Source: Spirochaetaceae bacterium
GTDB lineage: Bacteria; Spirochaetota; Spirochaetia; Treponematales; Breznakiellaceae
DNA: 32,151 bases
Direction: 5' to 3'
Assembly (NCBI GenBank): GCA_031279965.1
Contig: JAITHM010000014.1
Location: forward strand, 1-32,151
Shown: positions 1 to 8,878 of the stretch, piece after piece
How the letters are laid out: each line of letters begins with the position of its first letter
Position numbering within the stretch: the first letter of the stretch is position 1
Made by a program: the position numbers and the translations under genes
Notes under the pieces: generated by a model
The model's input: the letters and a program-made list of their open reading frames with translations, nothing else
Told to the model about the DNA's origin: nothing
Database searches by the model: none

Positions 1-1
1 C

Positions 2-709
2 CGTGTAGATCCCGTATCGCCGCGCCGCTTTGAGGTTCCTTATCAAAAAGGGCGGGCACTCTTTTATCTTAAACAATATAACGAAGCGCTCATAATGTTT
101 AAGGACTACGCCGACAGTATTCAGGTTGACGGCAGGTATATTCGCGGCATGCGGGCAGAAACATGGAATGAAACCACATTGACAACCGATGCTTATAATA
201 GAAAATCATCAGCAATTTATTGGATTGGTGAATGTTTGTATAATCTTGAGCAATTTGACCGTGCCGCCGAGATGTTCGAACTTATTGTAAAACAATATCC
301 TTCAAGTGTGAAATATGAGCCATCACTTAACCGTCTTGATCTTATTAAACAGAAAAAAACGGCAGAAGGACTTCTTGAAATTATCAGACTGAGCAACCTC
401 CCCTCCGATCCGGCCTCCGTAACAGTTGATAACCAGGAAAAGAAAGCCGCAAAAGAAGATTATGATGATGCAGTGCTCGCGTACAAAAACAGCATTGCGC
501 CCTTTTTAATGCGCGATACCGAAGTGCAGCCGACAGTTGTCGAAACTCCTGTAAAAACAAGAAACTCAACACTGCTTGGCACTCAAGATCCTGATACAAT
601 GATGCGTCTTTTGAACATTAAAACACAGGCGCTTGAACTTATGGACAGGCTTACTTCAACAATGAACGCATTTGAAACTATTGAAGTTGAAAAGTGGGAT
701 ACATGGTAG
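2..709 (+). CDS. TPR-repeat protein, 5' end lies outside the window
   Basis: The frame of ORF 95..709 stays open back to nt 2 with no stop codon. TPR-like helix pairs are visible (YQKGRALFYLKQYNEALIMFKDY; AIYWIGECLYNLEQFDRAAEMFELIVKQYP). The stop overlaps the next ORF. Confidence 0.6.
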   Translation, partial: RVDPVSPRRFEVPYQKGRALFYLKQYNEALIMFKDYADSIQVDGRYIRGMRAETWNETTLTTDAYNRKSSAIYWIGECLYNLEQFDRAAEMFELIVKQYPSSVKYEPSLNRLDLIKQKKTAEGLLEIIRLSNLPSDPASVTVDNQEKKAAKEDYDDAVLAYKNSIAPFLMRDTEVQPTVVETPVKTRNSTLLGTQDPDTMMRLLNIKTQALELMDRLTSTMNAFETIEVEKWDTW

Positions 710-1875
710 TAAAGAATATGCCGCACAAAACGTTTTTGATTCTTGCCGCACTTTTTATTTTGGTGCGCAATGTAAGCGCCGCAGAGTATGAAGACGGCAG
801 AATCAAGCTGCTTATTGATGATAACAACGGCAGATTTTCAATCTACTACATGACCAATGTTGATAAAAAAATATACGAACCGCTTTTTTGGGATCGTGAT
901 AAAAAAACCAGTTTTTTAGGATTGTATCTTAACGGCAGTGAATATCGTTTGGGCGAAAGCGGTAGGTTTCGTATGTATCATCGCGGTACCGCCACGAAAC
1001 CTTCGCTGGTATTTGAAGCTCCACTTTTGCAGGTAATCGTTGAATTTTCATTTATCAGAACAGCAAGTTCCGGCGTGAGTAACGGAATTCGTATTGATAT
1101 TAAGCTTGAAAACTGGGGGGAAAAAACTGTCGAAGCAGGAGCGCGCCTTTTGGTTGATTCATATCTTGGCGAAGCAAATCATCCCAATTTTCGTACTGAT
1201 TTACGTCCAATTGAATCAGAGCTGGTTATTGATCAAAGCTCTCGTGATCAATGGTGGCTGTCGCGGAACAACAAATACGGCCTTATGGGAAGTGTTTTTG
1301 TAGAAGGCATTGACCCGCCAAGTTATATTCATTTTGCAAACTGGAAACGTCTTTATAGTACATCGTTTAAGCCTGAATATGTGCCAACACGTAATTTTAA
1401 TGAAATGCCGTTTTCAATACGCGACTCTGCGGTATGCTACTATCTTGATGCCGCGCCGCTTGAAAAATGGCAGTCGCGCACGTTTACCGTATTGCTTGCC
1501 GCGGATGATAAATTCGGGTTTGATATTAAAAAAGTACGTCCGCTTATTGTTGAACGGATCATCGAGGAAAAACCGGTACGCGACGATGACCGGCGTGAAA
1601 GTGCTCCCCCGGGGGGGGGCGGGATGCAACAGCAGCAACAGCAGATGGGTGGCGGCGGTTCAGCAGTGCGCCGGGGAACGATATTGCTTCCCATAGGCCC
1701 GATACGTGTAGATCTTATGACTCTGCGTGAACTTATTTACAAAGTTGATGAATACATCTATTTTGGAACAGCCATTTCTGAGGAAGAGCTGCGCGGCATG
1801 GAAATGACAATAACGCGCTTAAAATCCCGTTATGGCGGAATCTTATACCCATATAGACAGCTTTATGAAAGATAA
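694..1875 (+). CDS. Hypothetical secreted protein with a Gly/Gln low-complexity insert
   Basis: 393-aa ORF. A signal-peptide-like N-terminus (MPHKTFLILAALFILVRNVSA-AEY) starts at the internal ATG at 718, which may be the true start. Low-complexity PPGGGGMQQQQQQMGGGGS lies near the C-terminus. I recognise no family. Confidence 0.7.
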   Translation: MGYMVVKNMPHKTFLILAALFILVRNVSAAEYEDGRIKLLIDDNNGRFSIYYMTNVDKKIYEPLFWDRDKKTSFLGLYLNGSEYRLGESGRFRMYHRGTATKPSLVFEAPLLQVIVEFSFIRTASSGVSNGIRIDIKLENWGEKTVEAGARLLVDSYLGEANHPNFRTDLRPIESELVIDQSSRDQWWLSRNNKYGLMGSVFVEGIDPPSYIHFANWKRLYSTSFKPEYVPTRNFNEMPFSIRDSAVCYYLDAAPLEKWQSRTFTVLLAADDKFGFDIKKVRPLIVERIIEEKPVRDDDRRESAPPGGGGMQQQQQQMGGGGSAVRRGTILLPIGPIRVDLMTLRELIYKVDEYIYFGTAISEEELRGMEMTITRLKSRYGGILYPYRQLYER

Positions 1876-2965
1876 TATATTGCATAATGCGCTTCGTTTC
1901 GCAAAAAAAGGTAATTATGGTGATGCAATCACGATTCTGGAACGTGAAATTTTGCGCTATCGTGATTCTTTTCGTTTCTATTATATTCTTGCGCTTTCCT
2001 GCCTGCGTACAGGAGACTTTGGCCGCGCATATACATACTTTAAAAGTGCTCATGATATAAAAAATCGTGATGTAAATGTTCTTTTGGGGATTGCCGCACT
2101 TAATATGAAACGTGGTGAGAATGCCCGTGCAGTTGATCTTTATCTTAAAGTGCTCGACATTGAACCGGCAAATAAATGTGCAAAAAATGCACTTTCAATA
2201 TTGCGAAAATATGGCGGCAGCGAAGATCTGCATGATTGGCTGGAAACAAAAAAAATTCATAAGCTCTATCCGCCATTTCCCCGGGAAAAACTACGGCCAT
2301 CTCAAATTATTACCGTTGCATTTGGTGTTCTTGCTGCTGCGGCTTTAGGAACATTTATTGCGGGAAAACTCAGAATAATTGACCTTGTATTTTTTAGACA
2401 AGAAGAACGTACTGGTTTTGCGGTATCTGCGCTTTCATCAAGCGATAAATCAAAAATTGTTGAGACTGGCGGTGCCTATCATACAATACTTACTGAACAG
2501 GATGTGCTTTCCGCATATGAAAATGCCCGGACATATTTTAATGAGTATAAAGATAATTCGGCTCGTATTGAAATTAACAGAATACTGTTATCCAATGCTT
2601 CTGAAGGCATCAAAAATAAAGCACATGTGCTTTTACGTTATATTGATGATGTTGAAGTCGGGTTTAATACTCTTACCGAACGATTTGATTACCGGGATGT
2701 TGAACAGGAAAGCTCTTTGTATAATGGCTGTTATGTCGCGTGGGGGGGGATGGCGGCAAATGTCGAACAAACTGATAATGAAACTTCATTCGATCTGCTT
2801 ATCGGATATGAAACGCGGCGTGAACTTCGCGGCATAGTTCGTGTCATTTGTCCTTTCGCATTTAATATTGACAGAGAGCGCCCTCTTGATGTACTGGGAC
2901 GTGTTGCTGCACAAGATAATGGAACGTTTAATCTTAATGCTGTAAGCATACACCAACAACGGTAA
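1832..2965 (+). CDS. TPR-domain membrane protein
   Basis: The N-terminal TPR repeats include ALRFAKKGNYGDAITILE, FYYILALSCLRTGDFGRAYTYFKSA and LGIAALNMKRGENARAVDLYLKVLDIEP. One TM helix (IITVAFGVLAAAALGTFIAG) and a C-terminal globular part follow. An alternative start is ATG 1865. The gene overlaps the upstream gene end. Confidence 0.7.
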   Translation: MAESYTHIDSFMKDNILHNALRFAKKGNYGDAITILEREILRYRDSFRFYYILALSCLRTGDFGRAYTYFKSAHDIKNRDVNVLLGIAALNMKRGENARAVDLYLKVLDIEPANKCAKNALSILRKYGGSEDLHDWLETKKIHKLYPPFPREKLRPSQIITVAFGVLAAAALGTFIAGKLRIIDLVFFRQEERTGFAVSALSSSDKSKIVETGGAYHTILTEQDVLSAYENARTYFNEYKDNSARIEINRILLSNASEGIKNKAHVLLRYIDDVEVGFNTLTERFDYRDVEQESSLYNGCYVAWGGMAANVEQTDNETSFDLLIGYETRRELRGIVRVICPFAFNIDRERPLDVLGRVAAQDNGTFNLNAVSIHQQR

Positions 2966-2971
2966 ACGATT

Positions 2972-3781
2972 ATGAGTAAACGACGAGATGTGCTTTTTCT
3001 GGACTCAGGTGTAGGGGGGCTGCCTTACTGTAAACACTTTGCTAGACATAATCCTCAGTATGCGTTGTGTTATGTTGCAGACCGGGAACATTTCCCCTAT
3101 GGCGCAAAATCAAGATCTGCCCTTGTTGACCTTCTCTGCCGGCTTATTGAACAACTTCAACAAAAAATTGAACCTGCACTTGTTGTCCTTGCATGCAATA
3201 CGGCATCAATATCTGCATTGAATGAATTACGTATCCGGTTTCCAGAGATTGATTTTGTCGGCACGGTACCGGCTGTGCGGCCTGCTATTCTTGACAGCAG
3301 GAAAGGAAAAGTTGGAGTTCTTGGTACCGAGCGAACCATCACCGATGATTATATTTCAAAGCTTGCGCGGGAAACAGGACGTAATGCTGAAATTATCCGC
3401 CTTGCCGCGCCTTCACTTGTTGATTTTATTGAATATGAATTTATTGATGCGCCGCAGACAATCCGCAGTGAAACTGCGGTGCGCTGGACAAACCTTTTGC
3501 GGGAACAAGGGGTTGATGGCATTGTTCTTGGTTGCACGCATTTTCTTTTTTTACAGAATGAATTCCGCGCTGCCGCCGCGCCTGATATAACGGTTTATGA
3601 TTCTGTTGAAGGCGTATGCCATCGGGCAGAGCTCATTGTGCAGGGGAAACATCATGCCGCCGCCGTCCCGCCGCTTCCTCCCGTACTCATAGTAACTGGA
3701 GATACGCCTCTTGAGGATAGCTGGAGGCGTTGGGCGGAGACTTTTGGAATGAACGCCGTCTGCCTTAAGGAACTGTCATGA
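2972..3781 (+). CDS. murI: Glutamate racemase
   Basis: Motifs FLDSGVGGLPY, LACNTAS and LGCTHF (the two catalytic Cys regions) are present. The length of 269 aa is typical. Confidence 0.9.
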   Translation: MSKRRDVLFLDSGVGGLPYCKHFARHNPQYALCYVADREHFPYGAKSRSALVDLLCRLIEQLQQKIEPALVVLACNTASISALNELRIRFPEIDFVGTVPAVRPAILDSRKGKVGVLGTERTITDDYISKLARETGRNAEIIRLAAPSLVDFIEYEFIDAPQTIRSETAVRWTNLLREQGVDGIVLGCTHFLFLQNEFRAAAAPDITVYDSVEGVCHRAELIVQGKHHAAAVPPLPPVLIVTGDTPLEDSWRRWAETFGMNAVCLKELS

Positions 3782-4740
3782 CCGGCCTTGTTATGAAAGG
3801 GTCACGTAATGTTTTTAGCGTAAAACTTCTTCCGTCTTCAGTGAATCTGTCTGAAAATGAAACAGCGGCGCGCCTGTTTTACGAGTGCAGACTTAAAGGC
3901 AAAGTACTTAAATGCGATGAAGATTTTTATAATCCGCTTGCACCAGGTGATCTTATTAGTTTTGAGGAAGATGCACTTCATTCTGGTAAAGGAATGATTA
4001 CCAGCCTTGCTGACCGGCGAAATTGTTTTACACGTTATAACCGCAAAGGGCAGCTGCCCCAAATACTTGCTGCCAATGTCGATAGTATAGTCTGTGTTGT
4101 AACGCCGGCGGCGCCGCCTTTTAGGCCGCGTTTTGCAGATCGTGTGCTGGTACAAGCTGAAGCTGCGCATATTCCGGCGGTGATTGTCGTGAATAAGTGT
4201 GATTTGGGATTGAATGCCGAGATAGAAGACCGCCTTGCTGATTTTGCGAGAATTGGCTATACGATATTTTATGTCAGTGCGATGACAGGAGATGGACTTG
4301 ATTCAGTGCGAAAAGCACTTGCAGATAAGCTTGTTGTGTTTATAGGACAAAGCGGTGTTGGGAAATCAAGCCTTGTTAATGCATTGGTTCCTGATGCGAT
4401 GTTGAAAATTGGCGCTCTTAATGAAAAATACAATCGCGGTAATCATACAACTGTGCAGGCGGGCCTCTTAGAATACGAGACGCATGATGGAATTCTTCGC
4501 CTGATTGATACTCCAGGAGTAAGGCAGTTTGTTCCATGTGGAGTTCGTGCGGAGGAGATCGTATTCTGCATGCCGGAGTTTGCACCGTATGTATTTAAAT
4601 GTGGTTTTGGGTATTCATGTTCACACCGTGGTGAAAAAGATTGTGCTGTCAAGACCGCTGTTGATCAGGGCATAATTCACCACGACCGTTACGAAAGTTA
4701 TCAGCGCCTTTATGAAGAACTTCATGATATTGAGGTATAA
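3778..4740 (+). CDS. rsgA: Ribosome small-subunit biogenesis GTPase RsgA (circularly permuted GTPase)
   Basis: The G motifs are in permuted order: G4 VVNKCDL, then G1 GQSGVGKSSL, then G3 DTPGVRQF. A C-terminal Zn-finger-like CGFGYSCSHRGEKDC is present. The start forms an ATGA overlap with the murI stop. Confidence 0.9.
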   Translation: MTGLVMKGSRNVFSVKLLPSSVNLSENETAARLFYECRLKGKVLKCDEDFYNPLAPGDLISFEEDALHSGKGMITSLADRRNCFTRYNRKGQLPQILAANVDSIVCVVTPAAPPFRPRFADRVLVQAEAAHIPAVIVVNKCDLGLNAEIEDRLADFARIGYTIFYVSAMTGDGLDSVRKALADKLVVFIGQSGVGKSSLVNALVPDAMLKIGALNEKYNRGNHTTVQAGLLEYETHDGILRLIDTPGVRQFVPCGVRAEEIVFCMPEFAPYVFKCGFGYSCSHRGEKDCAVKTAVDQGIIHHDRYESYQRLYEELHDIEV

Positions 4741-4786
4741 CTTCTAAAAAGATTAACACAAGAAAGGGAGAGGGGGTATAGCGCTT

Positions 4787-6088
4787 TTATGCGCGACAGC
4801 GGTTTCTCTTTCTCTCATTCCGGCGCCTTACCAATGCCTTTATCATTCTTGGGACAGTTAAAACAAATTTTCCAATTTGATATGAGAATGATTTTTTTAT
4901 TTCTTCTATTTTTTGAATAATACTGTTATTATAATTTTCTAAAGAATGTATATATGCATCCGGCACGGGGTGTTGCGTATAGTTACATAAACTTAATTGT
5001 AGAGCTTCTAAAAACGCATACCCATATTTTTTATCTGGCTCAATATGGCAGCCTTCTCCCCATTCATTCCATGCATTGATAAAAACAAACTGTTCGTTTT
5101 TAGGGAAATTCTGTTCCGTTTCTTGTATAATACGTGAAGCCCAATAGGAAAATAATTCAACTACACAATCTGGGAGTTTAATCATATAACTGTCGCCAAT
5201 TTTCTGTTTTCTCGCCGCATTATCCCATGCAGGCGTGATGCAGCGAAATCTTTTGAATTTTACTTTATAAGATAGAGTTGCAGCAAGTAAATTTTCATAA
5301 TCAATACGGGAATATCTCATCTCTTTGTTGTTTTTTTGATAAGAATGTATATTTTTGACTATATCAGGATTAAATTGCGGAGAAAATTCCATTGCGGCAT
5401 CAAAGCTAATGTTTGATGGGTCTGTAAATGGATAATGACATAATGAATTAACATTAATTAAATATATTCCATCATAACCATAATTTATTATTTCTTTTCT
5501 CCATAAAGCAGCCGTTTTTTTTATGCTTGGGAATAGTTCCGGGCGATAAACGATAAAGACAGGTTTATTATCAATTTTTATATATCTTGCATCGCAAAAA
5601 ACGTTTTCGCACAAATATCTTATATGTGCATAATCATCATCTAATGAATAATTCTGTTTAACAATAATTTCATTATCAGCTCCGTCCCATCTGCGTGTCC
5701 AATTTTCATTTGCCCAAATGTATAAAAATGGAAAATCTGGTTTTTTCAGTTTAAGCATATTATCCAAAGGAGTGTTTAAAAGTAATTTTCCATTAAACCA
5801 GTAATGATAGAATGCAAACCCGTAAATTCCATATTTATTTGCCATTGCAGCTTGTTTCACAAGAACTTCCGGGTCCCGTAAATCATAATACCCGATATCT
5901 TCATGAGGAATGTGCGGCTGATAATGTCCTTCAAAAAGTGGTGTGGCGCTTTTTACATTTGTCCATTCCGTAAATCCTTCTCCCCATGCGGCATCGTTTT
6001 CTGGTATGGGGTGATACTGCGGAAGATAGATAGCAACCAGTTTTACTGTGCTAGTCTTTGCGAGAGGCTTGACATATTCGTTGACCAT
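4787..6088 (-). CDS. WbsX-family glycosyltransferase (GH99-like fold), polysaccharide/LPS-type biosynthesis
   Basis: The N-terminal block IYLPQYHPIPENDAAWGEGFTEWTNVKSATPLFEGHYQPHIP...YDLRDPEV...YGIYGFAFYHYWFNGK...WANENWTRRWDG matches the WbsX family signature as I remember it. The gene is visibly AT-rich relative to its neighbours. Confidence 0.85.
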   Translation of the reverse strand: MVNEYVKPLAKTSTVKLVAIYLPQYHPIPENDAAWGEGFTEWTNVKSATPLFEGHYQPHIPHEDIGYYDLRDPEVLVKQAAMANKYGIYGFAFYHYWFNGKLLLNTPLDNMLKLKKPDFPFLYIWANENWTRRWDGADNEIIVKQNYSLDDDYAHIRYLCENVFCDARYIKIDNKPVFIVYRPELFPSIKKTAALWRKEIINYGYDGIYLINVNSLCHYPFTDPSNISFDAAMEFSPQFNPDIVKNIHSYQKNNKEMRYSRIDYENLLAATLSYKVKFKRFRCITPAWDNAARKQKIGDSYMIKLPDCVVELFSYWASRIIQETEQNFPKNEQFVFINAWNEWGEGCHIEPDKKYGYAFLEALQLSLCNYTQHPVPDAYIHSLENYNNSIIQKIEEIKKSFSYQIGKFVLTVPRMIKALVRRRNERKRNRCRA

Positions 6089-6255
6089 GATGACATTTTT
6101 TCATGGGAAATGCAAAAATGTCAAGGCAATTGACAGGAGGATGCCCGCATTACTTTTTTATATTGCTCTTAGTTTACCGCTTTTCCTCAAAAATAAACGC
6201 AGAAGTTCTGGCTGGCTTTTCTAGCTTTGGTATTTTCAGTTAGACTTATACCATT

Positions 6256-7383
6256 ATGAAAAAAGCTGTTCTTATTCCCGATTCGTTTAAAGGGACGATG
6301 AGTTCCCGCGAAATTTGTGCAATTATGGCGGAGCGTATCCGCGCATATTACCCCCAGGCTGAAGTTGTTTCGATACCGGTTGCTGACGGCGGTGAAGGCA
6401 GTGTTGACGCCTTTCTTTCTGCAGTGAAAGGTGAAAAGATTCTGTTAACGGTTAAAGGTCCTTACCATGAAGATATTGAAGCGTTTTATGGCCTTATCGA
6501 CAACGGCAAGACTGCCATTATTGAAATGGCGGCCTGTGCGGGCCTCCCCCTTGTAGGCGCACGGCTTGATCCTTCAAAAACAACAACCTATGGGGTTGGA
6601 CAATTAATGCGCGATGCAGCGGCGCGGGGAGTGCGCAAAATAATTGTAGGGCTTGGCGGGAGCGCAACCAACGATTTTGGAGCTGGTGCAGCCGCTGCAG
6701 CTGGTGCGCTGTTTTTCGACAGTCAAGGGGTTGAATTTGTGCCTGTCGGCGCGACACTTTCCAAAATAGCCAAAATAGATACATCTGGGCTTCGCACAGT
6801 GCTGGACGGTATAGAAATTATTACCATGTGTGATATTGATAATCCGCTCTGCGGTGAAAACGGCGCTGCGTATGTTTTTGCACCGCAGAAAGGCGCTGAT
6901 CAACAGATGGTTGAAGTTCTTGATGCTGAACTTAAAGCGGCGGCGGCTGTGGCTAAAAAAGAACTTGGTATTGATGTTGCACTGCTTTCCGGCGCGGGTG
7001 CGGCAGGCGGCATGGGAGGCGGTATGGTTGCTTTTTTTAATTCAAAGCTGCAAATGGGTATTGAAACCGTGCTTGATACGGTTAATTTTGATACAGTGCT
7101 CCGCGGCGCGGATTATGTTTTTACCGGCGAAGGGAAAATTGATGGTCAAAGTTTGCGGGGCAAAGTTGTCATCGGTGTGGCCCGCCGCGCACAACACCAA
7201 AATGTTCCTGTCATTGCCATTGTGGGTGATATTGGTGATAATGTTGAAGGCGCATATAACGAAGGCGTGTGTGCGATTTTTAGCATTAACCGCATAAGCC
7301 AAAATTTTGAAGAAAACCGCAAACGTTGTAAGAATGACCTCAAACTTACCATTGATAATCTCCTTCGCTTTATGCGGAGATAA
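6256..7383 (+). CDS. glxK: Glycerate kinase
   Basis: The N-terminal IPDSFKGTMSS and VADGGEGSVDA motifs are present, with a C-terminal FTGEGKIDGQSLRGK. The length of 375 aa is typical. Confidence 0.9.
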   Translation: MKKAVLIPDSFKGTMSSREICAIMAERIRAYYPQAEVVSIPVADGGEGSVDAFLSAVKGEKILLTVKGPYHEDIEAFYGLIDNGKTAIIEMAACAGLPLVGARLDPSKTTTYGVGQLMRDAAARGVRKIIVGLGGSATNDFGAGAAAAAGALFFDSQGVEFVPVGATLSKIAKIDTSGLRTVLDGIEIITMCDIDNPLCGENGAAYVFAPQKGADQQMVEVLDAELKAAAAVAKKELGIDVALLSGAGAAGGMGGGMVAFFNSKLQMGIETVLDTVNFDTVLRGADYVFTGEGKIDGQSLRGKVVIGVARRAQHQNVPVIAIVGDIGDNVEGAYNEGVCAIFSINRISQNFEENRKRCKNDLKLTIDNLLRFMRR

Positions 7384-7512
7384 TTTGGGGAAGCGACGGT
7401 CTGCCCGCGGTAGACGTGCAGGGCAGCTGCCCGCCGCCAGTCCTTGCTTGACAGGCCGCCTGAAAAGCAAGGCGGCTCCGGCATCGTGGTAGTGCGGTTT
7501 AGATACCAGTAA

Positions 7513-7659
7513 GGTAGTGGACAGTGGGTAGTGGGTAGTGGGTAGTGGACAGTTTTTTGGCCGGTATATGTTAGCTAACGGCGTGTTCAGCGTTAGGTAA
7601 CGTATTTCGGCCAGAAGCCACTGCCCACTGCCCACTAATCACTGTTCACTATCCACTCA
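7513..7659. repeat. Two inverted arrays of about 6 heptamer repeats (core AGTGG / CCACT) flanking a 65-bp palindrome-rich spacer
   Basis: Left arm 7513-7552 reads GGTAGTG GACAGTG GGTAGTG GGTAGTG GGTAGTG GACAG and is followed by T6. Right arm 7618-7659 reads CCACTGC CCACTGC CCACTAA TCACTGT TCACTAT CCACTCA. The arms are imperfectly complementary. The spacer contains the perfect palindrome GTTAGCTAAC. Confidence 0.8.
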
Positions 7660-7668
7660 GACACGGGC

Positions 7669-7698
7669 TTGAATAAATAAAGAGGAATCGGTTAAGAT
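7669..7698 (+). promoter_or_regulatory. Candidate sigma70-type promoter for rplKAJL
   Basis: TTGAAT (7669-7674), an 18-nt spacer, then TAAGAT (7693-7698), about 65 nt upstream of the rplK ATG. The leader carries small hairpins (GGGC-agc-GCCC; CCGC-ctga-GCGG) that could be an L1-binding leader. That is not verifiable here. Confidence 0.35.
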
Positions 7699-7763
7699 AT
7701 CGTAATTCGTGGAAGGGCAGCGCCCGCAATTCCGCCTGAGCGGACTACCACAAAGGAGATTTC

Positions 7764-8195
7764 ATGGCAAAAAAGAAAATTACCGCAATTATCAAATTGC
7801 AGTGTCCGGCCGGCAAGGCGACTCCAGCGCCCCCTGTCGGTCCCGCGCTCGGACCGCATGGAGTAAGCGCTCCGCAGTTCGTGCAGCAATTTAACGACAA
7901 AACAAAGTCAATGGAGCCGGGACTTGTTATACCCGTTGTGCTTACCGTCTATCAGGATAAGTCGTTTACTTTTATTCTTAAAACTCCGCCGGCAGCGGTG
8001 CTTATAAAAAAAGCAACGGGTATCGAAAAAGGCTCCAAAGAGTCGCATAAAGTAAAGGTTGCCAAACTAAGCAAGGCAAAGCTTGAAGAAATTGCCAAAC
8101 TGAAAATGCCCGATCTTTCGGCAATCGATATTGAAGGTGCAAAAAGGATTATTGCCGGTACGGCGCGGTCGATGGGCGTGGAGGTGGAAAAATGA
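7764..8195 (+). CDS. rplK: 50S ribosomal protein L11
   Basis: [34 protein letters not shown] is the canonical L11 N-terminus. The RBS AAAGGAG lies upstream. Confidence 0.97.
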   Translation: MAKKKITAIIKLQCPAGKATPAPPVGPALGPHGVSAPQFVQQFNDKTKSMEPGLVIPVVLTVYQDKSFTFILKTPPAAVLIKKATGIEKGSKESHKVKVAKLSKAKLEEIAKLKMPDLSAIDIEGAKRIIAGTARSMGVEVEK

Positions 8196-8866
8196 AGCAT
8201 GGCAAAAAATACCTCGAGGCGCTTAAAAAATATGATGCACAGGCGGTGCTTGATCTGAATTCTGCGGTGGAAACAGTCAAGAAGCTTGCCTTTGCCAAAT
8301 TTGACGAGACTGTTGATTTATCCGTTAAACTGAATCTTAAAAAAAGCCAATCGGTGCGCGATACTGTGGTACTTCCGCATCAGTTTAGGGGCGAAAAAAA
8401 GATACTGGTTTTCTGCAAGGCAGAAAAAGAAAAAGAAGCCCAGGAAGCCGGAGCGGCGTTTGTTGGCGCGGAAGATCTTATCGAAAAAGTAAGGGGCGGT
8501 TGGCTTGACTTTGACATTGCCGTTGCCACTCCCGATATGATGAAGGATGTTGGCAAGCTGGGGATGGTGCTGGGACGTAAGGGGCTTATGCCTAATCCCA
8601 AAACTGGCACGGTTACTTTCGACCTTAAAGGGGCGCTTGCCGAACTTAAAAAAGGCCGCACGGAATTCCGCGCTGATAAAACCGGCGTTATACACCTTGC
8701 TGTTGGCAAAGTTTCTATGGACGGCGCTGCCATTGCCGAAAACGCCTCGACAGTGCTTGCCGAAATTAAACGCAAACGCCCAGCCGATGCAAAAGGTGAT
8801 TTTGTGCAGACAATTTCGCTCGCGTCCACAATGGGGCCGGGCGTGTGGGTAAAAGTTGAAGCTTAG
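8192..8866 (+). CDS. rplA: 50S ribosomal protein L1
   Basis: Shows the L1 pattern [28 protein letters not shown] ... [18 protein letters not shown]. The start forms an ATGA overlap with rplK. Confidence 0.97.
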   Translation: MKHGKKYLEALKKYDAQAVLDLNSAVETVKKLAFAKFDETVDLSVKLNLKKSQSVRDTVVLPHQFRGEKKILVFCKAEKEKEAQEAGAAFVGAEDLIEKVRGGWLDFDIAVATPDMMKDVGKLGMVLGRKGLMPNPKTGTVTFDLKGALAELKKGRTEFRADKTGVIHLAVGKVSMDGAAIAENASTVLAEIKRKRPADAKGDFVQTISLASTMGPGVWVKVEA

Positions 8867-8878
8867 GAGGAGAAATAG

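Noticed and set aside
7042-7635. 197-aa minus-strand ORF spanning the glxK 3' end and the heptamer repeats, together with the 7146..7484 - and 7307..7492 + ORFs
   Set aside because: It is antisense to the well-supported glycerate kinase, and its N-terminus is translated from the repeat array. There is no RBS and no recognisable protein features.
7384-7763. tRNA (for example the tRNA-Trp usually found before secE) or a small secE gene in the 380-bp gap upstream of rplK
   Set aside because: No cloverleaf-compatible sequence or T-loop GTTCRANNC-type motif is found. There is no plausible short hydrophobic ORF with an RBS. The region is occupied by hairpins and heptamer repeats.
8867-8878. L10 (rplJ) autoregulatory leader upstream of rplJ
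   Set aside because: Only 12 nt separate the rplA stop from the rplJ start, and the RBS fills them. There is no space for the structured leader.
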